Assembly (NCBI GenBank): GCA_964016885.1
Contig: OZ024742.1
Coordinates: forward strand, 109,058,001 to 109,122,000
Length of the DNA stretch: 64,000 nucleotides
Direction of reading: 5' to 3'
Source: Eledone cirrhosa
Taxonomy: Eukaryota
The notes under the pieces are model-generated. The model was not told the origin of the DNA. It worked only from the letters and a program-made list of their open reading frames with translations, and made no database searches. How positions within the stretch are numbered: position 1 is the stretch's first letter; every line of letters begins with the position of its first letter. Positions 26,331 through 39,815 of this stretch are shown here, one piece after another. The translations under genes and the position numbers were made by a program.

Positions 26331-27154
26331 CCTTGTTGTCTGAGGCGCCATATGCCTTTGCAAAGTTATAGACCATGGTTTTAGGTTATTTAAATGATTT
26401 TCTTGGCTTTGTGGCAAGCACAAAGGCTCTCCACAACAGCAGCTTGATGATCATATGTGAAGACATGTCAGTTACTAAGCACCTCGTGCATCAAAGGCCA
26501 GACAGCTTCTGAGGTGTAGTGCTTTCTAATGGCACTCACAAAACCTCGCTATGCTGTGACATCACAGTGCTGTTGCCATGTAATATATATAGTCACAGTT
26601 GAAACAATCTTTTTTCTAGTTCTGGTGCAGCAATAAAATACACTGTAAAGTGGTTTTGCAGGCAGTAGGATAAAATGTATCCAGAACAATCTCTAAAATT
26701 GTTAGTAAAGACATTCAGCCATAGAAACCGAACTAAATATGAAATATTTGAGCAAGATGTGGTTCTCTGGCCTGTTTAGTCTCAGATCATAATAATGCAT
26801 CCAACTCATGGAAATTGGACATGAAATGGTGATAGTGTGTGTGTGTGTGTGTGTGTGTGTGCATGTTGTTTTTTCTTGTATGTACTAATATATTTAATAA
26901 TGTAATTACTAATGTAAACATGTAAACGTAAATATATATGCTTGTAGACAAGCTGACAGGCCAACTTTCATAATTTCATTTTGTTTTCAAGCAGTATTAA
27001 TTTTGTATCCAATGATTGACATTACAAAAGCTGAGGCAAAATAGAAACTACCAAATGGCCTGGGCTTAAAATATTTTCTCATAACATGTATCTTTATCGA
27101 TATATCTCTATCCTTCTATCTATCTACACACACATATATATATGTCTGTATTTA

Positions 27155-27343
27155 TAATTGTTTCTACTTTAGGCACAAGGCCAGCAATTACCCAGTGCAT
27201 TACTGGTACTTTATTTTATCGACCCCATAAGGATGAAAGGCAAAGTCAACCTCGGCGGGATTTGAACTCAGATCGTAAAGGGACGTAACTATGCTTGGAA
27301 AGCATGGCGTCCGACCCTCTACCGATACTGCCAATCCACCGCC
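27155..27343 (-). mobile_element. tRNA-headed Meta-domain SINE with 11-bp TSD
   Basis: B box GAGTTCAAATCC; gcctttcatccttatggggtcgataaaataaagtaccag; TSD gtatttataat at 27148 and 27344. Confidence 0.88.
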
Positions 27344-27540
27344 GTATTTATAATATGTGTATGTACGTATGTATGTATGTATTTATGATATATGTATGTA
27401 TATATAATATATATATGTGTATGTATATATATAATATATGTATGTATATATAATATATGTATATATATATATATTATATATATATAAATATATATAGCAG
27501 TGATACCTATGCTTGTTCCGTCAACTTATTATTATATAAG

Positions 27541-27720
27541 GGCGGTGGATTGGCAGTATCAGTAGAGAGTCTTTGCAGCATTGAGTTACGTCCCTTTACT
27601 GTCTGAGTTCAAATCCTGCCGAGATTAACTTTGCCTTTCATCCTTACGGGGTCGATAAAATAAAGTACCAGTAAAGCACTGGGAGAATTGCTGGCCTTGT
27701 GCCAAAAATAGAAACAATTA
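27541..27720 (+). mobile_element. Meta-domain SINE
   Basis: Same family as 27155-27343, opposite orientation. Confidence 0.85.
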
Positions 27721-28369
27721 TATATATATAATCATCATCATCATCATCGTCTATCTTCCATGTTAGCATGGGTTATATATATAGATATAGAAGGAAATAG
27801 AGGTATCTGTTTCTTTGTAGTCAGTTTCATGTTTCTGTATAGTGTACATGCATAACAACAAGGAAGAAACAACCTACCAGTTAGTTGTGCTCAATGTAGT
27901 CAATGGAGTTGTATATCATAAATGCCTGGATGATATGAAATGTGTCACCGTGTATGGTATATAGGTCCCAATAGGTATTCCACAGAATAATATAATATAA
28001 ACAGGAAATAAAGAGATATATGGCTCTAATAAAAGTAAGTTAATGCGAATATGTATGGAATCTAGCATTTATTTCAATGTGTCAGCAATCTGGTCTTTTT
28101 CTACATCTCAAATGGCACCATCTACAATATAGATATCAACTTTTCTATCTTTTTTTTCTTTCATCGCTTCCTTTACCTCAAAACCTCTAGTCTCCTCTCC
28201 AATAAATATCATATATAGCACTAATTTTCACTCTTCCAATTTACATATGCCTTCTCTTCCCTGTTTTAAGAGGCCCACACCCAAGGGAACTACGCTTTTT
28301 GATGGACAGTGACTAACCAATCGCTAACTATACACCTACAAGCCTCTATATATCACCATATCTTTCCAA

Positions 28370-28797
28370 CCACTTAATCTGATCTCTCTTATGCCCAATT
28401 TCTCTCTCAGTTCATTTATGCTTTGCCATTCATGTATATTACTATTACACATTCATCAAAACATCGAAGCTTCATTTCTTTCCAATCTTCACAGGCCCAC
28501 TGCACACCACACTCAGATCTCACTACCATGCAACATTGCTGTTTGTATACATGCATCATACAATCTGCCCTTCATTTTCAGGGAAAAACATTTGGTAGTT
28601 AGCAACAGTAGTAATTCCTTAAACTTTCTCCAACTTGTTCTCACTCTAGCTACTGAATTTTCAGAACACCATATTCCAAAGTTTATTTGGTGACCCAGGT
28701 AACAAAAACTATTTACTACTTCTACAGAGCCCTCTGGACATTTGAAGGAGCTTGTATCATGTGGGCTCTTGCTACTTACTGCACCTGTGCATCGGCC
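28370..28797 (-). mobile_element. Older RTE RT fragment
   Basis: GRCTGAVSSKS...FCYLG...[18 protein letters not shown]. Confidence 0.85.
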
Positions 28798-28829
28798 AAT
28801 ATATATATATATATATATATATATGAATA

Positions 28830-30816
28830 TGGGCCTTCGGAAATAGTTGCTGAGATGCTGAAGGCATCTGGCACGGTGGGACACACCATGGTCACCCGGA
28901 TAGTTAACCAAGTCGTACAGAATGGGGTTGTTCCGAAGGACTGGCATAGCAGCATCATCGTTAACTGTTATAAGGGTAAAGGAGATGCCCTAGATAGGAG
29001 TAACTATAGAGGCATTAAACTAATCGACCAGGTCATGAAGGTCACGGAAAAAGTAATAGCGCAACTAATCAGAGAGAGAATTGATCTAGATGAAATGCAG
29101 TTCGGGTTTGTGTCAGGCAAAAGTACCACAGACGCTCTTTTCATTGTACGACAACTACAGGAGAAGTACCTAGCTAAAGGTAAACCCCTCTACTTAGCTT
29201 TTGTCGACTTGGAGAAAGCCTTCAACAGAGTTCCCCGTTCCATTATCTGGTGGTCTCTTAGAAAACTAGGTGTTGACGAATGGCTTGTGAGAGCTATACA
29301 AGCCATGTATAAAGAAACAGTCAGCAAGGTTAGAATTAACAACGAATATAGTGAAGAGTTTAGCATAAAAGTTGGCATCCATCAGGGCTCTGTTCTCAGC
29401 CCCCTACTATTTATTATTGCCCTTCAGGCTATAACAGAGGAGTTCAAGACCGGCTGCCCATGGGAACTCCTATACGCAGACGACCTGACACTCATAGCTG
29501 AATCAATGGCCGAGCTAGAGAAGAAATTCCAAATATGGAAGCACGGCCTAGAATCAAAAGGCCTTAAAATTAACCTGGCTAAGACTAAAGTTCTAGTTTG
29601 TAGGAAAGAAAATAAGGCGCCGGTCCCCTCCGGGAAGTGTCCATGCTCAGTGTGTAGGAAAGGCGTAGGTAGAAACTCCATTTTATGTCCCAAATGCAAA
29701 GTATGGGTGCATAAAAGATGTAGTGGGATCACAGGTAAGCTAACTAAGAACATAGATTTTACATGTGGTCGGTGCTCTGGTGCAATAAGTAGCAGCAAGT
29801 GCCCACAAAATACTAGCTCTTACAACTGCGCAGAGGGCTCTATAGAAATAGTGGACAGCTTCCGTTACCTGGGTGAGAAAATCAGCAGTGGGGGAGGGTG
29901 CTCTGAAAGTACAGTAGCTAGAGTCAGAACTGGATGGAAAAAGTTCAGAGAGCTTATACCACTATTAGCTGCTAAAGGGTTCTCCCTAAAAATGAAAGGC
30001 AGGTTGTATGATGCCTGCATACGAACAGCAATGTTGCATGGCAGTGAGACCTGGGCATTGTGTGCAGAGGATATACGCAGACTAGAGAGGAACGAAGCTT
30101 GCATGCTCCGCTGGATGTGTAACAGTAATATACGTGAACGGCAAAGCATAAACGAACTAAGGAAAAAATTAGAAATAACAGGGATCAGATGTTGTTTACT
30201 CGATAGAAGGCTACGTTGGTATGGACACGTGATGCGCATGAAAGTCGATAGCTGTATAACAAAGTGCAGGGCAATAAAGATAGACGGTAGCCACGGAATA
30301 GGCAGACCTAGAAGAACCTGGGACGAGCTGATAAACTCCGACCTCACACACTTACACCTCTCCAAGACAATGTCACTGGACCGAGACCTTTGGCGGTACT
30401 CAGTAACAGAGAAGACCCGCCTTACCTAAATACATAGTAAAACCTACTACAGCCAGTAGGCATCTCTAACAAAATACACCCCGTCCCACCACCCCCACCC
30501 CATCCACACCACCCCCTCCTATGTAAAGTTATGTTGGTGCCACGCCATCCAGGCCGAAACAAATGAGATCGTGTAGGTGTCACGACAAAAAAACACACAG
30601 TCCACGCTGTAATGTGGCCGTGTAGGCAACACGGTAAAAACCTCCCAGCCCCACACTGTAAATGTGGTTGGTGTTAGGAAGGGCATCCAACTGTAGAAAA
30701 CCCGTCAGATAGTCCTATGCGAGCAAGACAACCACTCTTGCCTCAAGTGGGAATACCCCCGTCCAAACCCATGCAAGCGTGGAACACGGACGTTAAACGT
30801 TGATGATGATGATGAT
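28830..30816 (+). mobile_element. RTE family A, 5'-truncated, RT frame open to 30429
   Basis: GPSEIVAEML...EKTRLT*, 3' UTR, GAT tail. Confidence 0.96.
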
Positions 30817-31094
30817 TATATACCTCAGTTAAGTCAATCAATGGAACTGCCTGAAATTAATATGAAAATGGCTGAGTATTCCCAAAACAAATGCATGCTT
30901 AACATAGTTCTCTTGGAAATTCTTGAAGACATAATGTGCGACATGGCTGGCTCCTTGAATTATAGGTACAACACGTTTTTGCCAGCTGTGTAGACTGCAG
31001 CAACAAGAAATAAACTGTCTTGCTCAACATGGCCCCTGGTCCAGGAATCAATCTCATTACCTTACAAATATTTATTTTATATATATAGAGAGAG

Positions 31095-31510
31095 AAGCAG
31101 AGTGACCTGGTAGTTGAATACTAGAGTAGATACTACAATTAAGGCTAAGAGATGGACATGGAAAAAATGGTTAAATGAGAGAAGCAGGAACCATAACCAA
31201 GAGGTAAAGAGAGAGGCTAGGCAGCAACTATACCTGGCAAGGAGAGTAGCAGAAAATGAAAAGTTTAAGCATGTTTTACAATACGAGACAAAAGCATGAG
31301 GCGTTCATGACTGTGAGGCAATATGTTAGGGAAAAACATGATGTTGTTGGACAGAAGTGTGTCCATAACAACAATGGCGAACTCACCTTCACCAATGCTG
31401 AAAAGAAAATTTCATGGAAATGCCATTATTGAGAAACTAATGAATGAGAAGAATACATAGGAGGAAGACAGCCTGCATTAAGTCGACCCCATAGTGGGAC
31501 CAGCTATATG
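31095..31510 (+). mobile_element. Degenerate RTE linker fragment
   Basis: VTW*LNTRVDTTIKAKR...REARQQLYLARRVAENEKFKHVLQ resembles family A. Confidence 0.75.
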
Positions 31511-31659
31511 AGTGTGTAATTGGATGGTTCTGTTATGAGGAGGGTCTGGCTAGTTCGCTGTGCCATACCTTGTTCCTAGCAGAACACACTTACAGTGTGG
31601 GTTGGACTAGATTGTCGACTCAGGTCTTCTGTTGTATGTTGTAGTACCAGAAGGCTAGG

Positions 31660-32790
31660 TCTTGTGTCATCTCCCTCATGAGGTTCAGCTGTGCCAGGTC
31701 AGCTTTTATTATTTTATCCCATGTCTTCCTCTTCCGAAGCACCCTACAACTTCAAGCGCCTTGTAATTTTTTATACAGCTGTCATCTTTCATGCACATCA
31801 CATCATCATCATCATCATTTCATTTTACGTCCGCTTTTTACCTGCTTGCAAGCGTGGGACGGGAACTGATTCTGGCTTGATTTCTACCGCTGGATGCCCT
31901 TCCTAACACCAACCTCATTTACAGTGAGTGCTGGGTGCTTTTTTGCCATGGCACCTCCACGACCACTTTGCAGTGGAATGATATGGACCTCAGTCCCTAT
32001 CATCTCATTTCTACAGCTGAGTAAACTGGAGCAATGTGAAATAAAGTGTCTTGCTCAAGGAAACAATACATGACCCGGTCTGAGAATTGAACTCACAACC
32101 TTTTGATTGCAAGGCCAATGCTCTAACCACTAAGCCATGTGCCTCCACATGTCCATACCATTGCAGTCTTCTCCCCTGCTCACAACATTTGATCCCTCTT
32201 TTGCACAGTTCCATTCTCAGTTCATTTATACTTCACTCTTCATGCACGCTACTATTACACATCCATCGAAACATGCAGGCTTCATTTCTTTCCAATCTAC
32301 ATAGATCCTCAGTGCACAGTGCCCAAGTTTCACTTCCATGCATCATACAATTTACCTTTTATAGGCATCATACAATTTACCTTTTATCTTGAGAGAGAGT
32401 CCTTTTGTAGCTAGCAGCAACAGCTCCATGATTTGTTTTTCATCCTGTCCTATCTGGCAACTATATTTTCTGAGCTCCTACCTCTATTGCTAATTTGGGT
32501 TCCAAGGTAGCAGAAATTTCAACTAGTTCTATGGAGTCCTCTGTGCATTTAAAAGAGATTGTTTCTGGTTGGCTTTTGCTTATTGCCCCTGTGCAATGTA
32601 TATATATGAAATCTATGTTGCTTGCTAGCCTGCCTGAGTTCCTGCTACATCTCTTGTGTACCCATAATTTGCATTTGGGACACAGGATGGAGTTTCTACG
32701 CACTTCTTTCCTACATATTTAGCAGGGCCATTTCCTTGAAATGAACAGGGCCCTGTTTTCCTTCTATTCACTAGGATTTTGATCTTGCTA
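31660..32790 (-). mobile_element. Degenerate RTE RT fragment interrupted by a SINE
   Basis: [17 protein letters not shown]; LQWYGHV continues across the SINE. Confidence 0.8.
31797..32147 (-). mobile_element. Full-length CORE-SINE
   Basis: Near-identical to 22036-22386. Confidence 0.88.
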
Positions 32791-33701
32791 AGTTGACTGT
32801 AGTTGGTGTTAGGAAGGGAATCCAGCTGTAAAAACCCCAACTGAAATACAGTTCCATTTTTGAGCAAGGTATGGCAGGGCCAACTGGCTAGACTTGCAAG
32901 TATGGAAAAACAAATGTTAAATGATGATGATGATATATATATATATATAAATGTGTGTGTGTATTATATTTATAAACATATATATGTGTGTATTATAGCT
33001 ACATATATATATATTACCGTCTAACCCATGCTAGCGTGGAAAATGGACGTTAAACGATGATGATGATGATGCTGATGATGATATGTTTATCATCATCATC
33101 GTTTAACATCCATTTCCCCCACTAGCATGGTTGGATGGTTTTGTGCCGCTTGAGGCAAAATTGAGACCATGTCCCGCTCATACAGAACTGTTTATATATA
33201 TATATATACAAGTGGAAGGTTAGTAAAATCGAATCTTTGGCTGTGGGCAAGCAAAGTCGAATTACAATATGAATGAGTTAGTAAAGCGCTCAATAAGGGT
33301 AGGTCCTTAGAGTAATAACATACGTTTAAATAGCTTGACAAATTGAAGATTGTGGTAAGCAAAACCTAACTCACAATACCAAAGTAACGAAAAAACTAAC
33401 AGGTTAAAAAGATACACCTGGACAAATCAAACGATATACGTTTAAAGTGTTTCTATGAATTCAAAATCAAATATCCAACTTACGTAACAGGCACGCTCGT
33501 GGTATTCCATGATCGAACAGAGGATTCATTTCATCAATAGGGATTTCATTCTGCCAAAAATCGGAGTGGACGAGCTAAATGCTGCTGCTATAAGCCAGCC
33601 ATCGTACACTTAGTTATCACGTGTTATTTCCAACAAGGGAAGCAACCCCTGGTTTTTGGCGGGTAGATTCAAAGTGTTAACAAAGGAAATATTATATATT
33701 A

Positions 33702-34050
33702 TGGAGGCACATGGCTTAGTGGTTAGAGTATTAGGCTTGCAATCGAAAGGTTGTGAGTTCAATTCTCAGACCGGGTGATGTGTTGTTTCCTTGAGCAAGG
33801 CACTTTATTTCACATTGCTCCAGTTTACTCAGCTGTAGAAATGAGATGATAGGGACTGGGGTCCATATCATTCCACTGCAAAGTGGTCGTAGAGGTGCCA
33901 CGGCAAAAACCACCCAGCACTCACTGTAAATGAGGTTGGTGTTAGGAAGGGCATCCAGCTGTAGAAATCAAGCCAGAATCAGTTCCCGTCCCACCCTTGG
34001 AAGCAGGGAAAAGCGGACGTAAAATGAAATGATGAAAATGATGATGATGA
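33702..34050 (+). mobile_element. Full-length CORE-SINE
   Basis: A and B boxes, CORE-like block, RTE-like tail, GAT repeats. Confidence 0.88.
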
Positions 34051-34065
34051 TATATATATATATAC

Positions 34066-34116
<51 letters not shown>

Positions 34117-35579
34117 TACATATATTGCCACTATCCATCTCTTCAAGCTTTCTATTTCTTTAAGTTCGCATTCTATTTTCTAATGACAGACTAGCATCTG
34201 AAACGTTAAGACTCTTTTTCTACTATATCAAGTATAAAACTAATAATATATTTCTTCATTGTACTCTGTCATTTGCTATGTTATTTCTGTTTGCCTTTTG
34301 CATATATATATATATATATATATATATGCATACACACAGACATATATATATATTTATACATACATATTATATATGTCTGTATATATATATATTTATATTA
34401 TATATATTTATATATATATATATATATGTAAATCACAAACACAAAATATAGGAAGTGAGTGGGAAAGAGCAAGCTGATTATACTAGCAAATCAATCAAAC
34501 CGACACAGCATATGTTTGGCCATCTTCCATCTATATATTCTAGCCAGCTAGCTGCTTAGAGAACCTATCGTCATGTCATACTGGCCTTGTTTTTCTATGT
34601 ATGTATGTATGCATGTGTGTGTAGTTTTGTATTTCTATATATCATATTTGTATGTATATGTACGTATTTCTATGTGTATATATACCATATGTGTGTGTGT
34701 GTGTGTTTATAAGAGTGTATTTGTATGTATTTGCAAGTATTTATGCATGGAAGTATGTTTTGTTTTGTTTTAGGTTTTGAAGGTTTTTTTCCTGTTTTTG
34801 TTTTTATTTATTTATTTTTTCCTACTGCTTTTTTACCCACCTGCTCCTACCTCAAACCCTTTTCCATCTTATGTCGATTGGCTTACTATTCTCTATTGAA
34901 CCATATTTATGATGGTGATGATGATAATGATACTGATAGTACTACTACTACCCTTGTTCTTCTTACAAATATTGGTGATAATAAGAACAACAACAATAAC
35001 AATAATATATTATTATTGTAATAATTGTGTTTACATGCCACATGGACTTCTCAACAAAAAGCCACACACAGACAAAATAGTTAATAATAGTTAATAATGA
35101 TAATGATGATGATGATAATGATGATAATACTGATTTCTTTTATTTGTCATAAGGGCGCTGGGTGAGGGATTCATTACAAAGTCAGGTTACATAAATTGTG
35201 GGGATTTACATGAAAATCAGATGAGAAAATATTTCAGTGTACATATTATGCATGATGATGATGATGGACTGTATTCCTAACACAGGAGAACCCCCAATAA
35301 TAATAATAATAATATGATTTATCAGTAATAATGTTCATACCAATATCATTTTACTGGACATTGTATTACATATGTTACCTTTTCCTGATTTCAATATGAC
35401 TGTAGCCAGAGTATAAATACTACATATGTCTGCTTATAAAAGGTTTTTATTACAGTAGTAGTTAGTAGAATTGTTAGTGTGTTAGAAAAATGGCTTGTAT
35501 TAAGTCAAGTTCTGGATTTGATTTAGTCAACTAATCCCTTCCTCCAAATTTCTGGCCTTTATTATTAATATTATTATTA

Positions 35580-35995
35580 GGATTGGCAGAATTGGTAGAG
35601 CATCGGACAAAATGCTTTGTAGTATTTAGTTATGGCCCTTTATGTTCTGAGTTCAAATCCCGCCAAGGTTAACTTTGCCTTTCATCCTTACGGATTCGAT
35701 AAAATAAAGCACCAGTAATGCACTGGGATAATTGCTGGCCTTGTGCCAAAAGTAGAAACAATTATTATTATTGTGTTAAGTCTGGTGGGTTGGCAGAATC
35801 ATTAGAGCCTCAGTCAAATTGCTTTGCAGCATTGTTATGGCCCTTTACATTCTGAGTTCAAATCCTGCCATGGTTAACTTTACCTTTTATCTTTACAGGG
35901 TTGATAAAATAGTACCAGTAACACACTGGATTCAGTTTAATTGACTTTCCCCTTTTCTTAAAATTGCTCGCCTTGTACCAATAGTAGAAACAATC
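35580..35995 (+). mobile_element. Two tandem Meta-domain SINEs (35580-35763, 35783-35995)
   Basis: gagttcaaatcc and gcctttcatcc..gataaaata..accag in both. Confidence 0.8.
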
Positions 35996-36127
35996 ATTAG
36001 TGTGTTGGTAGTATATTGGCCTTAATTTTGTGATTAATATTATTTTTCCGAATAAAAGAAATAATCAATGAACGTAAGCCGAATTCTTGGACTTTGAAGC
36101 ACTGAGAATATATATGTTATATAAGTA

Positions 36128-36343
36128 TAAAGGATGATGTGCTTAAGTGCAAAAATGCTATAAAATAGAGTGAAGTCCCTTAAAAGATGGGAAAAGAAGT
36201 TGTCATTGGCTGCGATGAGGAAATGAATCCCATATCTCCCAGATACAAGCTGATGGCAACTTCTTTTTCTGTTTTTTAAGGGTCTTCACCTTTTTTTATA
36301 AGCTATTTTATAGCATCTATGCACTTGTGCCCATCATACTTAT
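36128..36343. mobile_element. Degenerate fold-back (MITE-like) element
   Basis: gatgatg..aagtgcaaaaatgctataaaata..gtgaagtcccttaaaa..aaaagaagttgtcattggct pairs with 36248-36343. Confidence 0.6.
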
Positions 36344-36348
36344 ATATA

Positions 36349-37580
36349 TCATCATCATCACTGTTTAACGTCCATTTTTGCATGCTAGCATGGGTTAGGC
36401 GAGTTGTCCCATTGGGAGATAAACCAGATCAGATGGCCATGGTCCATACAGAACTGATTTTGGCAGGGTTTCTATGGTGGGATGTCTTTCCTAATGGCAA
36501 CGACATTTAAAGTGTGTACTGGGTGCTTTTTGTCATGACACCTACATGACCACTTTACAGTGTGGGCTGGGTGCTTTTTGTTATGACACCTACATGACCA
36601 CTTTACAGTGTGGGCTGGGTGCTTTTTATTGTGACACCTACATGACCACTTTACAGTGTGGGCTGGATGCTTTTTGTAATGACACCTACATGACCACTTT
36701 ATAGTGTGGGCTGGGTGCTTTTTGTCATGACACCTACATGACCACTTTATAGTGTGGGCTGGGTGCTTTTTGTCACGACACTTAGACGACCTCTTTACAG
36801 TGTGGCTGGGCATTTTTCACCATTATGACCACTTTACAGTGTGGGCTGGGGACTTTGCTGGGGGAGGTATGTGGGGATTGGGGAGGTGAATATAGTAGTG
36901 TGTGAGGGGTGGAGTGTTAGGATGTGGGAGGTTTATGGAAGTGGGGTAAAGATGAAGGTGGTGCAACTAGTTGTGTGCTTCAGCCTGTGCTCATGGGAAG
37001 GTGGGCTTTCTGTATTACTGCATAACACCAGAGATCTTGGTCCTGTGTCATCGCCTTTGAGTGGTGCAATTGTACAAGATCAGCTTTTTATCACCTCATC
37101 CCAAGTCTTGCTGGGTTGTCCTACTCCATAGCTTCCATCAATTTTAAGTGCTCTGCACCTTTTTATACAGCTGCCATCCTTCATACACATCACATGTCTA
37201 TACAAACACAATCTCATCTCCTGCACACCACATCAGATCCCTCTAATGCCTAGTTTCTCAATTTATTTACACTTTGCCATGCAAGTATATTACTATTACA
37301 CATCCGTCAAAGCATGGAAGCTTTATTACTTTCCAATCTTCAGAGGTCCTCTACACATAGTACCTAGGCCTCACTACCATGCAACATTGCTGTTTGTATA
37401 CATACGTCATACAATCTGCCCTTCATTTTGAGGGGAAAAACCTTTTGTAGCCTGCAGCGTTAGTAGCTCCCTGAACTTCTTCCACCCCATTCTCACTCTG
37501 GCTACTGTACTTTTAGAACACCCACTTCCACTGCTAATTTGGTCATCCAGGTAGCAAAAGCTGACTACTGCTTCTAACAG
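36349..37580 (-). mobile_element. Older RTE subfamily copy with an expanded 48-bp minisatellite in the 3' UTR
   Basis: CAT tail, RT C-terminal remnants, ~7 x 48-bp units at 36505-36850. Confidence 0.85.
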
Positions 37581-37955
37581 AGTCTTCCAATAATTTGAGC
37601 ATGCTTGTTTGCTGCTTTTGTACTGTGAGGTCTTTACAGTTCATTTGCAACAGCAAAGAAGAAGTAAAAATAAGTCAACAACACTCAGAGACTGTGACGG
37701 TCTGGAAACATTGACAAAATCATGAACTTTTTGTCCAAAATGCACTGGGCAATTCAAAGAGCGGTTACAAATTGGATAATAATGGCAGCTGTATCAAAAG
37801 GTGCAGAGTGCTTAGAAAATATGAAAATGTTCTAATGTCTTGAAAGTTGAAAATAATTGTGTCTTTTTGTTTTATAAACTTGAGTGTTTATAATATAATT
37901 TACAATATATATCTACTTTTTCTTTTCTTTCCAGAGTGGATGGTGTGTATGTCCA

Positions 37956-38801
37956 ATGGCGTATTGTGTGAACTTTGACCGGGAAATTAGAATGTCTCAA
38001 GCAATAATCAATAACAATCTCCACATAGTTCAACAGTTGATCAGCAGTGGAATGAGTGTTAACTCAATCTTGCACAACCCTGACAGCAGACAGGCCACTA
38101 CAATTCTAGCAGAAGCTTCCCGCACTGGTAGTTTGGATATTGTTGATTACTTGCTGAAGGCCGGAGCTTATATAAACCATAAGGACCCTTGCTATGGCTG
38201 TACACCACTTCACTGGGCATGTATTGGTAACCAGGAGAAAGTTACATCATATCTCATAAAGAAAAATGCTGATGTGAACTGTGTTAACCGAAATAATGTT
38301 ACACCACTTATGTTTGCTTCTAGGACTTGCTGCCATAATATTGTCACTAGTTTGCTCAGTAATGGGGCAGATCCTTATGCTGTGGACAGGTGGCAAGCAT
38401 CAGCTATTCATTATGCAACTTATACCTATTCAGATGTTATTTCCATCCTTATCAGAAATGGATGTAATTCTAATAACTGGGTTGTATTTGGTCAACATAC
38501 GCCACTGGCTAATCTGATATACTTCAAGGACCAAGAAAACTGCAAACTTCTTCTGGAGAGTGGTTACAAATTGGATAATGATAAATGGCTCTTGGAATTA
38601 CAGAAATCTCAATCCCCATCAAACAATGCTGGGTTAAACTCTACCATTGATACCATTCTTACTTGGTTGCAAACACCACAATCGCTAAAATCCTATTGTC
38701 GGACAGTTATACTAAGATGTATGCAAGGGGTATATTTACAGAAAAAAGTAACAGACTTGCCAGTCCCCCTAGCTGTCAAACACTATCTGTTATTTCTTTA
38801 G
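37956..38801 (+). CDS. Ankyrin repeat and SOCS box protein (ASB family), 281 aa, single coding exon
   Basis: Ankyrin motifs (GCTPLHWACIGN, NVTPLMFASR, LLSNGADP); C-terminal SOCS box PQSLKSYCRTVI...LPVPLAVKHYL; acceptor ttttctttccag ending 37934; AATAAA near 38934. Confidence 0.93.
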   Translation: MAYCVNFDREIRMSQAIINNNLHIVQQLISSGMSVNSILHNPDSRQATTILAEASRTGSLDIVDYLLKAGAYINHKDPCYGCTPLHWACIGNQEKVTSYLIKKNADVNCVNRNNVTPLMFASRTCCHNIVTSLLSNGADPYAVDRWQASAIHYATYTYSDVISILIRNGCNSNNWVVFGQHTPLANLIYFKDQENCKLLLESGYKLDNDKWLLELQKSQSPSNNAGLNSTIDTILTWLQTPQSLKSYCRTVILRCMQGVYLQKKVTDLPVPLAVKHYLLFL

Positions 38802-39567
38802 TCATTGTCAGTTTTCAAATCTATTGTCTATTTGCTTTTTGCTTCTATAAAGGCAAATGTGAATGTTTTGTGTAGGCTAACTGTTATATTTTTTTGTCAT
38901 AACAATGCAAGCATTGAGAATGATCTGACACTTAATAAAAGTGTCTTTGAGGTCAGTGATATACAATGTGGTCCATCTGGACCACTGATGGTTTATGTTT
39001 ACCCCCTGTGTGGTCCAAGTAACCACCTGTGTGATCTAGGTAATAACCCGCAGTTCATTTGAACCACTGGTCATCCAGATAACCATCAGTGACTCATGAA
39101 TACCATTAGTAGGCCAGAACAAAATTTTAGTGAATTGTGGGGTGATTTTTATGTTCTACTATGTTGCATAATGCATTTAAAAGTTTATTTTACATACAAC
39201 ACTCATTAATTTCTTAATTTAAAATATTTATGTCACACTGTGATGCATAATACAATTAAAAATAGACTTACATTTGGTGGTCCATGGAATTTTTCTCATG
39301 TACCACCTTCTGATAAAAGTTGTGCATCTCTGCACTAAGACCTACTAAGCTGGTGCTAAGCTCTAATATTACATGATGTGAAGGGAATTTGAGGTGAAAA
39401 ATCTTCACCCAGATAAAATACAGCAACAAGTCTTTTAAGGCTATCTTTCTTGCTAAGTCATGCGTTAGCCTTACAGGTCACATTACAGGTTCTTTGCTTA
39501 TCATCAAGTGAACTATTTTAAAGCAAAGTTTTACAACCATATTCCCTTCTTAGTACCATGACATGTA

Positions 39568-39815
39568 GGGATACTGTGTACCTATTGTAAACTGGATACA
39601 CACAGAGATACAGTGAACCTATTCTAAATCTGAGATACAGAGATACAGTGTACTTATTGTAAATGAGATACACACAGAGAGTGTACCTATTCTAAACTAT
39701 ATACATAAAGAGATATGATGTAACTATTCTAAACCAGAAACACACAGTAATATTGTGTACCTCTTGTAAACTGGATACACACAGAGATATAGCACACCTA
39801 TTCTAACTGGAGACA
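39568..39815. repeat. Degenerate ~38-bp minisatellite
   Basis: Recurrent gatacagtgtacctatt(g/c)taaactggatacacacaga. Confidence 0.75.

Noticed and set aside
28687-28830. N-terminus of the 580-aa ORF as a novel fusion
   Set aside because: Chance read-through from an antisense old RTE fragment and TA repeat into a truncated RTE copy
33702-33775. tRNA gene
   Set aside because: The tRNA-like A and B boxes are the head of a SINE that continues into CORE and LINE-tail sequence
34172-34212. CTAATGA-caga...tct-GAAACGTTA minimal hammerhead-like motif
   Set aside because: Core G5 is mutated and helix I is weak; plausible Penelope remnant but not supportable as a feature
36472-36813. 16-aa repeat protein, or CRISPR-like array
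   Set aside because: Head-to-tail 48-bp minisatellite with no unique spacers, within a LINE 3' UTR in eukaryotic context
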